From: Selaginella moellendorffii
Lineage: Eukaryota > Plantae > Lycopodiophyta
Length of the DNA: 64,000 nucleotides
Direction: 5' to 3'
Assembly: GCF_000143415.4 (NCBI RefSeq)
Contig: NW_003314355.1
Location: 267,410-331,409 of the forward strand
The notes below the pieces were generated by a model. The model made no database searches and was not told the origin of the DNA. It saw nothing but the letters and a program-made list of their open reading frames with translations. Below, piece by piece: positions 47,154 to 62,380 of the stretch. The position numbers were made by a program, and so were the translations under genes. Positions within the stretch are counted from its first letter, which is position 1; each line of letters begins with the position of its first letter.

Positions 47154-47396
47154 TTCTACAAGGGTTTTGCCCACAAATGTTGCGAGGGTTTTCCCCGCAA
47201 GGGTCGCTCTTGATTCTCCCGCCAGTCATAGTACAGTATATTCGCACAATATGATTTGCACAAGTCTACGTTTTTAAGAGCAGCAAGGACAAGATATTCC
47301 TAGTGAGATATGCAGGAAGCTAGTCGTTAAATCCACTCCAGCGAGAAAACAAAGCAGAGACCCATTCGTGGATGATCGATTTCCAAAGCTTGTCAA

Positions 47397-47650
47397 GGCT
47401 TCGCGAGGCAGCGGTCGAGGCAGCGTGTTGCCTTGAGACACTTAAGATCCATGAAGGCCTTGGCAACAAGAGTGGCCAGGATCCAGGAATACTGGACGCC
47501 ATACTCTGAGGCAGAAGCGACTAAAAAGGTGATTGTTTCCAAGTTTCGGTGCAAAAACTTACAGGTCTCGGAAGCCATCCAGTTGGTGCCATGGACGAAA
47601 CAATGGTGCTGACAAAACTATAGTCGGAGACGCTCCAGTGTGATGCTCCG
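47397..47650 (+). pseudogene. Decayed duplicate of CHMP7 3' exons
   Basis: Colinear with 45380-45730 including part of an intron, with many small deletions. Confidence 0.85.
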
Positions 47651-47687
47651 GTGGCGCAAGTTATTCCTCTCTTTGTTTTGGATTTTC

Positions 47688-48458
47688 TCACGGGGCTCTT
47701 TCGAATGGTCGCGTGTCCCTGTAACAAGTGTTCCACACTCTATCCACGGCTGATGCCGCCTCCGCTTTGCTGCAGTGTGGGTTCATAGCGACCGACAGAT
47801 TGGCCCTCCTCCTAACGCACACCTGCAGGCAGCATGAAGCCGAGAAACTCAACTCTCAATCAACGCTTGCCTGCTGATGCTTTTGGACCCCAAAGTTTCC
47901 TCGGTTGAACTCCTGTTTGAAGCGGCAGTCGCCGCTAAGATTTGCAGCACGAATCTAGATATACGGTCGCCAGCACAAGTTAGCAACAGCACAGAAACGT
48001 TGTACGCACCTCGCTACAGGCGTGGTGCTCGCAGTTGGTCCAGTCCAAGTTCCTGGCACGGCAGTGATCGTAGGCATGGATGAGTTCGTGCGCCAAGATC
48101 GCGTCTACCTCCTGCTGAAACCCGACGCGGTTGCTGCAAATCACTACAAGAGAGGAGCGCTCGCGTTTGTGTCCGCGTCACCAACGATGCGATGCCTACC
48201 CACACCCTTATCGGACTGGAACCCGCCCGCGACCTTTTGCTCGCATTCCTCCACCTTGAAGAAGTTGCTCCCGGTGCTGCAGCCCGCCTTGTCCAGGGCC
48301 TCCCGCAGAAAATGGACAGTGGGATCTGTGGCAAGTCAGCAACTGAGGAGACCCATAAACACGACCACTCACTCACTTCGCTTGAGGGTGTTGGCCACCA
48401 GCTTCTCGCAGCGCTCGACGCTGGTGCCATAGATTTTCTTGGCTACCTCGTCTTCCAT
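47688..48458 (-). CDS. ATP23: Mitochondrial inner membrane protease ATP23 (peptidase M76), 5 exons; not captured by the ORF track
   Basis: Manual splicing gives '[16 protein letters not shown]', '[38 protein letters not shown]' and 'CVRRRA...CYRDTRPF'. One intron is GC-AG. Confidence 0.9.
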
Positions 48459-48892
48459 GACCTAGTGGAAGTCTAGGTTTGCGTGTATTAAGATGTATTG
48501 TCAATTTTAAAAAGAAAAATAAAGAACCTTTCTCAATAAAAGTTGCAATTACTTGTATTTCTGTACTCAAGTTAGTTTTAGTTTATTTTTTCCTTATTCA
48601 CACTCTGCTGAAAAATAAACTAAACTCTATATATAAAATCTTGTAAAATGTGTTGTATTAATTTTTTTGCAACTTGTAAAATTGTTTTTTGTATTCTATA
48701 TATTTTAAGGATCTTAGATCTCATGACTAAATTTTTAATTGATTTTAAATTTCATGTAATAATGAATTTTTGACCATTTAATATGTTATTAATGCAACAA
48801 AATATAAAAGTCTAAAACCTCAAAAAAAAATATTTAAAGGTAAAAATAAAATGAATTAAAGACCAAATATTTATTTAAGAATTAGTTAAAAA

Positions 48893-48895
<3 letters not shown>

Positions 48896-48956
<61 letters not shown>
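48896..48956. repeat. (TA)~30 microsatellite inside a 1.2-kb extremely AT-rich spacer (48480-49715)
   Basis: Directly visible. Confidence 0.95.
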
Positions 48957-48960
<4 letters not shown>

Positions 48961-49734
48961 TGATCATTGATTTTTATAAAAGAAAAAAATTAATTAAAGA
49001 ATAAAGCTAATATTAGCTAAATTCACACCCATATCCTGTTCTATGTGGCTAGATATGAATATTTTTTTAATAGTTATTATCGATGTCTTTGTAGTTCTTT
49101 CATTTATAAATCACTTTACTTTTCTATACAGTTATAAATAAATAATGCACAGTAATATGTAATGCTAGTGATAAATAGTGAAAAAAAAATATAATGATGC
49201 ACATGTTAGTATAAATAATTTTAAAATATAAAAAAGTAAAATTTTTCTTTCAAAAGTAAAACTAATTTCCTTAAATCAATTTTAAAATATAAAGTTGATG
49301 TAAAATATAAGCTTATTATGACAATAATTTTATATCTTTCAAATTTGTTGTTTTTAATAATTAAAAACCTTATACGAAATTTATTAATTTTAGGTGAATT
49401 AATTAAATTAGGAAAAAAATTTATAAATTACTATTTATTCACCATCAATCAATTGTGAAAGAGTGTGGAATTTACACTTATATAAAAAATTATATTTTTA
49501 CTTATCAACTTTTCTATTTTAATATTATAGATTTAAAATTTTAATTCACATTCTGAATTAAGTTTTAAATATTACAAATACTTCTACATTTTTACTTAAT
49601 TAACTAAAACATAAAATAAATAAACAAATCGTAAATTGTTTTAATGTTTACTATTAAGGATCAATTCAATTTAATTTAAGTTTAAATATTAAATATAAAT
49701 AAATAAATAAATGGAATGCTACTATCACATCATT

Positions 49735-52157
49735 TCACACCTGGACCTGGTGAAGCAGTTTCTTTCTCAGTTCTCTGTTTTCTCTTAAGGCACCCAACAG
49801 CTTCCTCTCTGCCACTGCTTGCTTCCTCACTGCAAACACAATTTGCTGTTGTGACTCTCGCAACTGTTCTTGCAAATCGTCCTCATCAATGTCCTTGTCC
49901 TTGCTACTGCCGCTGCCCTCTTCCATGGTATTCCTCTGGTCGTTCAATGAAGAAGCCCCCTTCCTCTCTAATTTGAGCTCCTCTACGAGTATCAATGCTT
50001 CTTCCAAACGCTTTTCAATCTCTTGTTTCTCTGTCAATGCTCGAGTGAGTGCCTCCGCCAGCTCGAGTTGCTGCTGCTTGTTCTCGGGTCGCGTGGACAG
50101 ACTGTCCCCTTCACTGGACAAACTCGGCACAGAGGACTCCTGCACGTAATGCAACAAAAACAAGGTTGGGAGCAAAACCGGGAAATTCACGAACCAGCTC
50201 CTCAATTACGTCGACAGCGGAATTGTCTGCTCCCTGTGGTGGTTGATTTTGATCCAAGCCTCTGGCATTCAAAGAGCCACTTGTAAAGCTGAACGGCAAG
50301 GAAGAAGCGGAAAAGTCGTCATGTAGCTCTTTGATGATCTCGTCTCGCTTGGACACGACAGGAACAGTTTTGCTGCTATTACTGATCATCATGACAAAGA
50401 TCTGAATCGGACGTTATCGTTTGCACAAGAATTTTGGTCAATCCGTTTACCTGATTGCTTAGAATTGCACCATGGCCTCCAAACACCAACAAAAAGACCT
50501 TTCCTTTGGTGCGAACCTTGACGAGGCTAATGCCCTACATAGCACACGACATTGCAAGTTTAAAGCATCATATTCAAAGCCTAGATAGGAGGGTGAGGCG
50601 CCTACGTCGTTCGCAAGGGGAGTACCAGGCTGCACAGTAGTCACAGTTTGCCAATTCCCGGAGTCTACGTTGAATGCCATTGTCTCTAAAACCTCTGGCA
50701 ATTCCTTGGGAATTTTAGAAGGATTTGAAACGTATAGAGTATGACACTTACCACCTCCTTTGTATTCACCTCCAACAATGTACCACTTGGATCCAACCAT
50801 CACTCCAGCATGACCTGCTCGAGGGGATGGTACCGTTCCTCTTGGTTTCTCCTTGCTCCATTCCATCTGAAAGACAAAATCTTCATAAGCACTGGAGTAA
50901 ACTAAACTGAATGCACATTTTGCAAGTCGAGAACGTAGATGTCATTGTAGTAGTTCCCCTGAGCCTTTCCTCCATAAACTAGCATATATCGTTCGTTATA
51001 ACAAACTGCAGAGTGACCTCTCCGAGGAGAAGGCTTTGAGCCACTGCGAGATGCTCGCTTATATTAGACAAATGGAAAGCACTCTCTCATCATCAACGAT
51101 ACTTGCCTGGTCTTGGGTGGACGCCAGACTAGCGTCTTAAGGTTTAGTATATGCAAGTCATTCAGCATCTGCCCCTTGCTGTCCTCACCACCAAATATGA
51201 TCAACGAGGAGCCTACTTGGACTACACTCTGCCCCGTGCGTGCTACCTGAGCACACAAAAACATTTTTCAGTAAATTGGACCCAGCCATTCAAAGGAAAT
51301 CTTAAAGTAAGTTACTGGAACTTCTCCTTCGGGAGCAAGTATGGACCAGGATTGCGACTCCAAGTCCAGAGCGAAAGCTAAAACAGGACAGGTGTGTTAT
51401 CAATCGGAACAAGGTTGAGGGACAAGTTACCTCTAAGTTTCTTTGACTTCGGCTCGATCCGTCCACCAATTACAAGAAGTTTAGTCTCCCAGAACGCCTG
51501 GCAGCTTGATTGATAAGTGCCAGCTTTCAATCTCTTCTAGAACTTGAAACATTACCAAGCAGTGACCAACACAACGGGGCCCTCGAGCATCGATGGGTAT
51601 AGATCTGGATGGACTGTAGAGTGAAGGTACAGATCCACAGCCGAGCTGAAGCCAAACACCCCTTTCAGCGTGAAACACCTGTGCAAGCTTAGGATTCAGA
51701 TCATCTCGTCTTAAGAAGATACTAAACAAGACCTGAACATCATCGAGGATGCCGCCAGCCGAGACGCCACCCAGCACGAACATTCTACGTCCCACGGACA
51801 AGGCAGCATGCTGTGCACACAAAACACACCTTGTTGAGAAAATCTGCAAGGCTGCAACCTACCTTTGCCCGAGCGGGAGGAAACGAGCCAGTGGGAACAA
51901 AGAGGCACCATTTGTTCTCCACACCAATATGGCTCAGCGATTCCACCACGCGCCCTTCGCTTGCTTCCTCGTGCTCGCTGTAAACCTCCTATAGAGATAT
52001 ACAGAATTCGATGGAACTTTCACACATGACAACAAAAACAAATACAATCAATCAGCACCTTCAAAGCGGTGGACTCGTCTCTCACAAATCTGCCGGCGCC
52101 ATTGCGGGAGGCCATGGAGTCGGCCCAAAACGCCAAGCCGCACTCCTTAAGAGCCAT
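49735..52157 (-). CDS. Kelch-repeat protein with C-terminal coiled coil (ACBP4/5-like kelch region, no ACB domain seen)
   Basis: Motifs 'HAALSVGRRMFVLGG', 'ARTGQSVVQVGSSLIIFGGED', 'PSPRAGHAGVMVGSKWYIVGG', then a coiled-coil last exon. Start and end approximate. Confidence 0.8.
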
Positions 52158-52232
52158 TGTCGAGCTCTTGACATGCTTATTTCTCTCAAGTACTATAGCA
52201 CTGGAGCAAAGGCAGTCCCTCGGACGGACCGG

Positions 52233-54073
52233 ACTAGATTGTCCTCTTCCGCTCGCCCACAAAATTGCACACGTGTCCGGCCACCAGTGGCTGGATGTCC
52301 TCTTATAGTCAGCTTCGGGGCAGCAGTTTTTACTTCTAGGTTTCTAGTTTTGGTGCTGCGGTGGTGTGTGGAGGTGTTGGGAACGTACACTTGTTCTTGG
52401 ACACCCCAGACCCACCAAGAGTGAGATTGCAGGCTGAGGTGCCCGTGGCAGAAATGCTTATTTTCCATTGGCGACGCCCCGGGCTCCTATCCACGCCATG
52501 CTGCTACATTTCCTTTCTACTCGAGTGTGTTTTGAGTGGCGAAGGAAGCGACTGCTTCCGGTGCATTAGCTAGGGAATGGGAATCCCTTTGCCCCTTCTG
52601 CTTCTCACAATTTGGAGCGCAACGGCTTCAAGAACAATCTTTGCACGGACACCGCCCCAGGCCTTGCCGTCTAGGTGAACAGGGACAAGGCTCCTTTGCT
52701 ATATTTGCAGTGGCTATGGATCATCTGTGAACTCGTTGCTCCGCCTCGAGCAATGTTGGGCTTGAAAGCTCTGGCCAGCCGACTCATAGACTAGAACTTC
52801 TGTTGCCGCTGTGCCGGTCGTCTTGTGATCGTGGATCCGACGTCCTCCACAGTGTGCAGCGCGAAATGTCCCTTCAGTACCCGAAGGGAGAGGAGAGAGA
52901 AGGGAGAGACCTATAGGCTACGACCTGTAAGGGATTTGTGGGTGCTTTGCTTTCCCGCGCTTGTTCCCACCACTCCCCTAAATTAGACATGTGTCTAGCC
53001 ACAAGTGGCTGGATGCCCAGTTTTAATTGAGCAGCGTCGGGGCAGCCATTTATCGCTTGTAGCTTTTTAGTTTTGGCGCCGCGGTGGTGACGCCATGTCG
53101 GGAACATACGCTTGTTCTTGGACATTACACAACCCCCACCAAGATTGAGATGGCAGGCTAAGGTGCCCGCGGCTGAAATGCTTATTTTCCATTGGCGACG
53201 CCCCGGGCTCCTTCGCATCCTGCTACATTTCCTTTCTGCTTTAGGGTGTTTTGTGTGGCGATGAAGAGGCTCACAGCCATGGGGACAGCAAGCCACAGTG
53301 GCAGAGCAAGCTTCGAGGACAATCTCTCGTCCGCCTGGCTGCCTTTGCACGTTCCACCCGCCGCTCTCGAGCCTTGACTCATTAGCCGTGAGAAGCAAAG
53401 CGTCCGAGTCCGAGACTCATCCATAGCCTCGTCAAGGGCGGCTTTGCGAGAAGCCCGAAAGTTCCACACCACCTCAAGTGAAGCCAAAGCCCGTGGAAAA
53501 GAATATTGCCGACTCTCGAGCATCGGGCTGTAGCCATGAGGAGCTCGAAGGTCGCCCAGCGTTTCCATCCAGCCCCCAAAGCAAAGAACCCAAGGATGGC
53601 GCCCGTGTTCCGGCGCTTGAGGAGCACTTGAGATCCAGCAGCTGCCCGCGATCTCGATCCAAGACTCCAGCATTACCTCGGAACCAAGTAACATCCTTCC
53701 TGTGATAGCGGCGACCGCATAAGGCTACTTCCCATTAAACCCCTCTCATTACTAGATTGTCCTCCACCAATCCCCCAAAGTTGACACATGTCCAGCCACG
53801 AGTGGCTGGATGCCCGTTTAAAAGCAACGTTGGGGCCGGCGTGTAGGGTGCCGGGGTGGGTCTTGTGACTCGGGTGTCGGGAACACACAACATTGTTCCT
53901 GGACATGGAAAGCCCACCAACATTGAGATTGCAGCCTGAGGTGCCCGGGCTGAAATGCTTACTCTCTCCATTGGCGACGCCCCGGGCTCCTCTGTTGTGC
54001 ACGCTCTGCTGCTACATCACTGCTTTTCTTGCGCCATGATTAGGTCTGTGTGTGTTTTGTGTGGCGATGAAGA
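52233..54073 (+). repeat. Three diverged direct copies of a ~310-bp non-coding unit (~52233-52545, ~52965-53267, ~53751-54073)
   Basis: Shared blocks GCCAC-NA-GTGGCTGGATG, TTGTTCYTGGACA, TGAGATKGCAG, GAAATGCTTA and CCATTGGCGACGCCCCGGGCTCCT. Confidence 0.85.
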
Positions 54074-54390
54074 AAAAGCCCAAGAGGAAGCGCGGCGGCA
54101 GCGGCGGCGAGGAGGAGGAGGAGGAGATGGAGTGCGGCATCTGCCTGGAGGAGACGCCCGACGCGGGGCGGGGGAAGCTCGACTGCTGCGACCACTTTTT
54201 CTGCTTCCAGTGCATTAGGGCATGGTCCACTCGGGAGTGCCTTTGCCCCCTTTGCTTGCAGCGCTTCTCCACCATCACGATCACCACGCCCGCGAGCCAA
54301 TTTGGCGCCGCAAGCCTCAGCGGCAGCGCAACAGCTTCCAAGCAAACATCCAAGCAAACGTCGAAGAGGACGATCTTTGTACAGGCATGA
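54067..54390 (+). CDS. Small C3HC4 RING-finger protein (possibly a truncated gene)
   Basis: 'CGICLE...CCDHFFCFQCIRAWSTRECLCPLC' preceded by an NLS-like 'KKKPKRKR'. Confidence 0.65.
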   Translation: MKKKPKRKRGGSGGEEEEEEMECGICLEETPDAGRGKLDCCDHFFCFQCIRAWSTRECLCPLCLQRFSTITITTPASQFGAASLSGSATASKQTSKQTSKRTIFVQA

Positions 54391-54532
54391 CATTTATTTC
54401 TTGCTTCTCGATTGTTTTCTTCTCCCCCTTGTACAAGAAAGACTTGAATATATTCGTGACACAAAGTTGACGCTAACAATGCAATCGCTGCTGGTTGCGC
54501 GGGCTTCAAAACTCTAGCAACATCTCTCTCAC

Positions 54533-55431
54533 TCACTCTTGCGCTTTGATCTCTGCGGCGGAGGAAGCGTTCATGAGCTGCTGCGCCGGCGGATTGACGA
54601 GCGTCATTGGCATGGCGACATCGTCCGAGAGGCGGCTTTGCATTTCTCGGTGCTCCTGGCACAAGGCACACCAGTGCATGCAGCAGTGCACCATGCAAGG
54701 ATCGCAGGGCGAATCCTACACACACCCAAGCGCATCACAGACAAGAATCTGAGCCTCCAAACAAAGACTTGGGGGTATTTACCTGGAGGTGGTATTTCTT
54801 CTGGAGCTCTTGGCGGAAGAGGCCCGTGTAGATGCCGCACATCCACCAGAGGAAGAGGAGAGCCTCGCCGACGAGGAAGGCGGCCCGGGGATTGATCCCG
54901 TGGAACGCCGCCGTGCCCAGCGCCAGAGCAATCCCGCCCTCGACAAAGATGGCGTGACAAGTGCACGGCGTTGTCCACGGCACGTTGTCTTTCATGCGCT
55001 CAACGTTGCGCCCGAAGAGCACGCACGGGCAGAAGAGGCCCAAGCAACCTGCAGCCGCGGAGCTTTCAACAACAAGTCTGATATGAGATCGAAATCGGAG
55101 TGGACGTCCGATGGGATGGATCGGCTTACAAGTGTCTGTGTCGTCGGCGCAGCCGCAGATCCCCGTCGTCCACGGCTCGTTCGCTGGCGGCTCGTAGCTC
55201 TCGGGTAGCGGTTGGCCGCATTCGCGGCAACGGTGAACGAGCAGCTGGAAGGAAATCGAACAACCACTTGAGATCTGTGGAAAGACAAGCAGATCTGGAG
55301 CTGCAATTCACCTGCGGGACAACAACCGGCTGATTGAGCTCGCCCTCGAGGATCTCTTCCATGGGTCCATCCTGCTCCTTGACCAGCTTCACGTAGCGGG
55401 ATGCCTGGTTGCTTTCCTCGCTCCCCGCCAT
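54533..55431 (-). CDS. PLAC8 family / cell number regulator 6-like protein (4 exons)
   Basis: Motifs 'PWTTGICGCADD', 'GLFCPCVLFGRNVE' and 'DPCMVHCCMHWCALCQEHREM'. Confidence 0.92.
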
Positions 55432-55651
55432 TGTGACCTAGAATGGCGAGAGTGGCCGGTCAGGGTTCGATTCCTATTCCTATGCGCGTAAGAATTTCAA
55501 CTCCGCGTTCGATTCCAGCCATCCTCAAAGGCAAATCGCTAAAGGGGGGAGCAAACCAAAATAATAGATTTTGATCTCATCCGAAACGTGAGTTTATATA
55601 TAATGGACCCGACGATTATTGTGGTAGCAATTCGATCACTCGTTGATAGAC

Positions 55652-57964
<2,313 letters not shown>

Positions 57965-58342
57965 GCAGCACTGTGCTGTGTTTGCTTGCCACCTTTTGGT
58001 AATCTAAGCTCGTGGCGGGCGGGCTGTCCCTGGCCGAGAAAGGCACCACGTAAGTAGCAATCAGGACCATGTAAACTCGGGCTGCTACTGCCTTTGTGTC
58101 GCAATCAATCGCCCAAAAGATTGGAATAGATAAATATATTGTTTTCGTATGGTTTGTTGGGCATGTGGTCGTTGTTGAAATGCGGCTTGCAGCTATGGTT
58201 GCGTTGCACCTAAAAAAGGCCTAACGATTTTAATCAAAACTATGTCAAGTTCACTTTATAAGGGCCACCCTTTAAATTTTTCCCTACCCGGGGAAGAAAT
58301 TTAGGCTTTTCCTTTAGATTTGATCTCTCTCTCTCTCGCGTC

Positions 58343-59950
58343 ATGGCGATGGAGGAAGGCGGAGGTGGAGGAGCGCATGGCGGCATGATCCGGCTCCAGT
58401 GCCAGGTCCAGCACTACGAGTGGGGGCGAATTGGCGAGGAGAGCGAGGTGGGTCGGCTTCACGCGCTCATGACCGGCAGCGCGGTGGACGCGGATGTGCC
58501 CTACGCGGAGCTGTGGATGGGAACGCACGCGTCGGGGCCGTCGACGGTGCTGCGCCGGGGTGGTGCCGGCCAAATTCTACTCAAGGATTGGCTCCAGCGC
58601 CACCCCGAGGCGCTGGGCGATCGCGTCCTGGAGCGCTGGAATGGAGATTTGCCTTTTCTCTTCAAGGTCGGTGTCTCTCGCTCGCTCGCTCGCTCACTCG
58701 ATCTCTTTCTTCGTCCAGGTGTTGTCGGTGGCCAAGGCGCTGTCCATCCAAGCGCACCCAGACAAGAAGCTGGCCGAGTATTTGCATGGCAAGAACCCTC
58801 AAGTGTACAAGGATGCAAACCACAAGCCGGAGCTGGCCTTGGCTCTCACGCGCTTCGGTGCCTTGTGTGGATTCGTGACTTCACAGGTAAACGAGCTCGC
58901 GAGAAAACTAGAGGAGAATGGATCTCACACACGATCGCCATGCTTTTCAGGAGCTCCAGGCGGCGCTGGAATCCGTCCCCGAGCTGCGCGACGCGTTGGG
59001 ACCGCTGGTGGTGGAGAGCGTCATTCGTAGCGGCTGCGGCCAGAGCGCCAAGGACGTGTTGCGGAGAGCATTTACGTGCCTCATGACACTGGACGAGAGC
59101 GTTGTGACGCACACCCTCTCCAACCTCATTGATCGTCTCAAGCGCAAGTCCAAGGTCCCTCCGGCTCTCTTCGTTTTCGTTGTCGTTGTTTCTCATCGTT
59201 TCTTGCTTGCAATCAGGCTGCTGGAGGGCTGAGCCCCAAAGAGGAGCTGGTTGTGAGCCTGGAGAAGCAGTACCCGGGCGACGTCGGTGTCCTGTCCGCC
59301 TTCTTTTTAAACTACACCAACTTGGAGGCCGGCCAGGCCGTGTTCCTCGACGCGAACGAGCCGCACGCTTACCTCTACGGCGAGTGCGTCGAATGCATGG
59401 CCACCTCCGACAACGTGGTCCGGGCCGGCCTGACGCCAAAGTTTCGGGACACGCAAACTCTCTGCTCCATGCTCAGTTACAACCAGGCAAGTAAAACAGT
59501 CTCCCCTTTATTTCTTTACTGTTTGAGATATCAGTTTGGGTGACGCATCTCTCTCGTAACGTACAGGGTCCGCCACAGATTCTAGACGGTTGCTACGTCA
59601 ACCCCTTCACCCGACGCTACTCGCCACCATCGGATGAGTTTGAGGTGGACCACATATGCGTTCCGGTGGGTGGCACGGCCAAGATCTCATCACCGTGCGG
59701 GCCATCGATCTTTCTCGTCTACAGAGGTATGGGAGTGTTGAGCCGGGTCGGGAAAGAGGACGAGGCCAACAGCATCATCGCGGGGCTGGTGCGGGGGAAT
59801 ATCTTCATGCTCGTCGCTGGCACGGAGCTGGAGGTGTCGGCGGTGATGGACGTGGAGGAAAGCTATGGCGATGGAGAACATCCTGTGCAGGATGCGTTGC
59901 AGCTCTACAGGGCCGGGGTGAGCAGTAGGCTTCTTCATCAGGCCGTGTGA
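58343..59950 (+). CDS. PMI: Mannose-6-phosphate isomerase, type I (multi-exon)
   Basis: Motifs '[10 protein letters not shown]', '[22 protein letters not shown]', '[10 protein letters not shown]' and '[28 protein letters not shown]'. Confidence 0.96.
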
Positions 59951-59999
59951 CGGCCAGTTTTGCTATACATGCGAAGTGTAAATAAGATTTGGGATCAAT

Positions 60000-61490
60000 A
60001 GAAGGCTCTTCTAACATACCCAAGCTTAGCGTTTCTGGAAGTTAAATAAGCAAACTCGTCTCTGGATCTTAGCCTTGTTGATATCTTTGTCTTTGATATC
60101 GCTGGTGTCTTCCTCCCCCAGCTTTGAGCAGTCATGACTTGCTTCACGTCTCCGAGCTCAGGGTCCAGGCAACTGGACTTATTCGATAGTACCAGCTCCA
60201 CCAAGAAGGCATGATCTGCGAGAGTTGCAGCGATTTGATTTGATCCAGTACAAGGAAAAAGGACTGGAGAGACTATTACAAATCCCGAAAAGAGATTCCA
60301 CCTAGAATAAAATCCAGATGAAAGCACCGCAGGTATCTGTTGAGTGGGAGTAAGAGCATGCAGTAAGTGAAGGTCAAGAACATGAAGAAAATGTATGCAA
60401 GAGAGTAACGATTGAGTAAGAAAATTAAAAGAAAGAATTACCTGCCATAGGTAAGATGGGGCCTTCGTATCAACTAGCAGAATAAACGTAATGGGAGCAT
60501 AAGGGAGAGGCGAGTAAATTCCAGCTCCCCGCTCACGATAGAAAACAGTGCGCTCGATAGCCACAACGGGTTGAACGCTGGATGCATTGTTGACACCAAG
60601 GAAAAGAATACATAGCTCCCATTAGACTGAACAAATATTCAAGCGTCAAACTTGTGAAAGCATTGTACCTTTTGCTTCCTACTCCCCAGAAAACTGTTCC
60701 GAAAATCAAAGCACACGTCGTTGTGAATGGAAACCGAAGGGCATTGCAGTTTGGAATACGTCAAGTTCTGCTTCCAAATGCAGTCCTTATAGTGAATCTT
60801 GCGAATACTCTATCGGAACTGTAAACCAGATGCGGGCACACTCAATTCTCGTATCAGCCTTTGGATTTCACTACGTCAAAAACAGTATTGCAAGTGAACA
60901 AAATACACCTGCGAATAAAACCGAACATGTGCAGATTTGACGCAACATAAGATGTCACCAAAATCCTTTTGAAGACGCTTCAAGCATCCATGTTACAGGG
61001 TTACAGCCATCTTTGATCGCCTATACAAACAATGCCAAGTTACGCAAAATATCACGGCTCACGTACCATAAAGTAGTCAATTAGAAGTTGTGAGTCCTTT
61101 CCAAGCGGGCCCATGTAGATTATGCGGCACCTCGTTCATCAACAAATCTGAGAAGGCAATTTCCAATGTTAAGTTCAAGGCAGTTTACCTCGTAAGATGT
61201 CTATGCTTGTTGTACAAACGACAGTTCGTCCAGTATCAACATCCTCGTGGCTGCGCGAGCATCCAATCCTGGCGGTGGCTCATCCATGAAAATGATTGAT
61301 GGGTTGGACACGAGTTCCACAGCACCTCTTGTGTTGTTCTACAAGCCGGCAGACCAGACACATCAGCTAAAATCTGAAAAAAACTTCCATATTAACGAGC
61401 ATACTAAATCTAAATTCACTTAGATTGACGAGTCATTGCGTTCACTTCACTTATACTGCAAAGATTCGTACACAGTCAGCTGAGGAGAAA
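60000..61490 (-). pseudogene. Decayed fragment of a PDR-type ABCG transporter (second NBD/TMD half)
   Basis: Remnants 'SPQLTVYESL', 'LDARAA', 'NNASSVQPVVAIERTVFYRERGAGIYSPLPYA' and 'WNLFSGF'; numerous frameshifts and deletions. Confidence 0.85.
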
Positions 61491-62380
61491 ATGGACAGTC
61501 ACCTAATTTTTGCGATAATCTATATATATTTACATATCCGCAAAGATTCGGGAGTAGGAATCTGTGACCTTCGTGTTTGAGCTACACCACAGGAAAGATG
61601 CAGAGGGAGGTTCTGATGGTGTATCCCATGAGCATTCATGCGCAACGTCCTCTTTGTTCTCATTCTTTTGTCATCATCATTCTTCCTTGTGTATAGTGGA
61701 CTTCATGGACTTTACATTTGAAGAGCTTCAAAGACTAAGAGTTCTAGCCACCACCAGCAGCAGTGTCACCGGCCTCCCGGTGGTTGGTCTCTCCGTGCAT
61801 TGGCCCCGCTGAGGCTGGCTCTCTGGGGCACCTGGCCGGTGGGCAAACCCCTATTCCCGTGTGCATAGTCACTAGCTAACGCTTCCAGAAAATTTCTAGA
61901 AACTGTTGAATGAAAGTTACAACACATTTTCTCGAAATCAAGAGTCCAGTCTTCATCAACATGAAAAAAACAATCTTTTCTTCTCTCTCTTGTTTTCTTC
62001 ATTTTGTTACTTGTGCTTGAAACACTGCTGCTGCTTTCTTTTTCCTGTTCCGTATTTCTTTCTCTGTTGCTTGCTATGGCAGTGAGCACCTACACGCACA
62101 GCTGGAGGTAACATTTTCTTTTCTCTTTCCAGTGTAAAACTCTTCTCTTTCTTCCAGCTACGACAACAGTGCCAGGAGGAGGTTGCTCCAGCAGAAACCG
62201 AGGCTGCAGCTAGCGTCTCGTCAGACGTGCCTTGAACCAGTCTCCAAGAATCCAAGATTACGGAGGAGCAAAGGCAAAATTCTATCACCTGACGAAAGAT
62301 AGAGATTGGTTTCGTGTCAATGGCATTAGAAAACGAAGAAAGTTGACACTACCATGCCTTTGAGAATAACTGTAATCTAT

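Noticed and set aside
48022-48476. Plus-strand ORFs of 94-136 aa
   Set aside because: Antisense shadow of the spliced ATP23 gene
48480-49715. AT-rich block as a MITE or Helitron
   Set aside because: No terminal inverted repeats, TSD or Helitron ends could be identified
61560-62290. Short minus-strand ORFs downstream of the KLHDC4-like gene
   Set aside because: No recognisable family and no consistent spliced model
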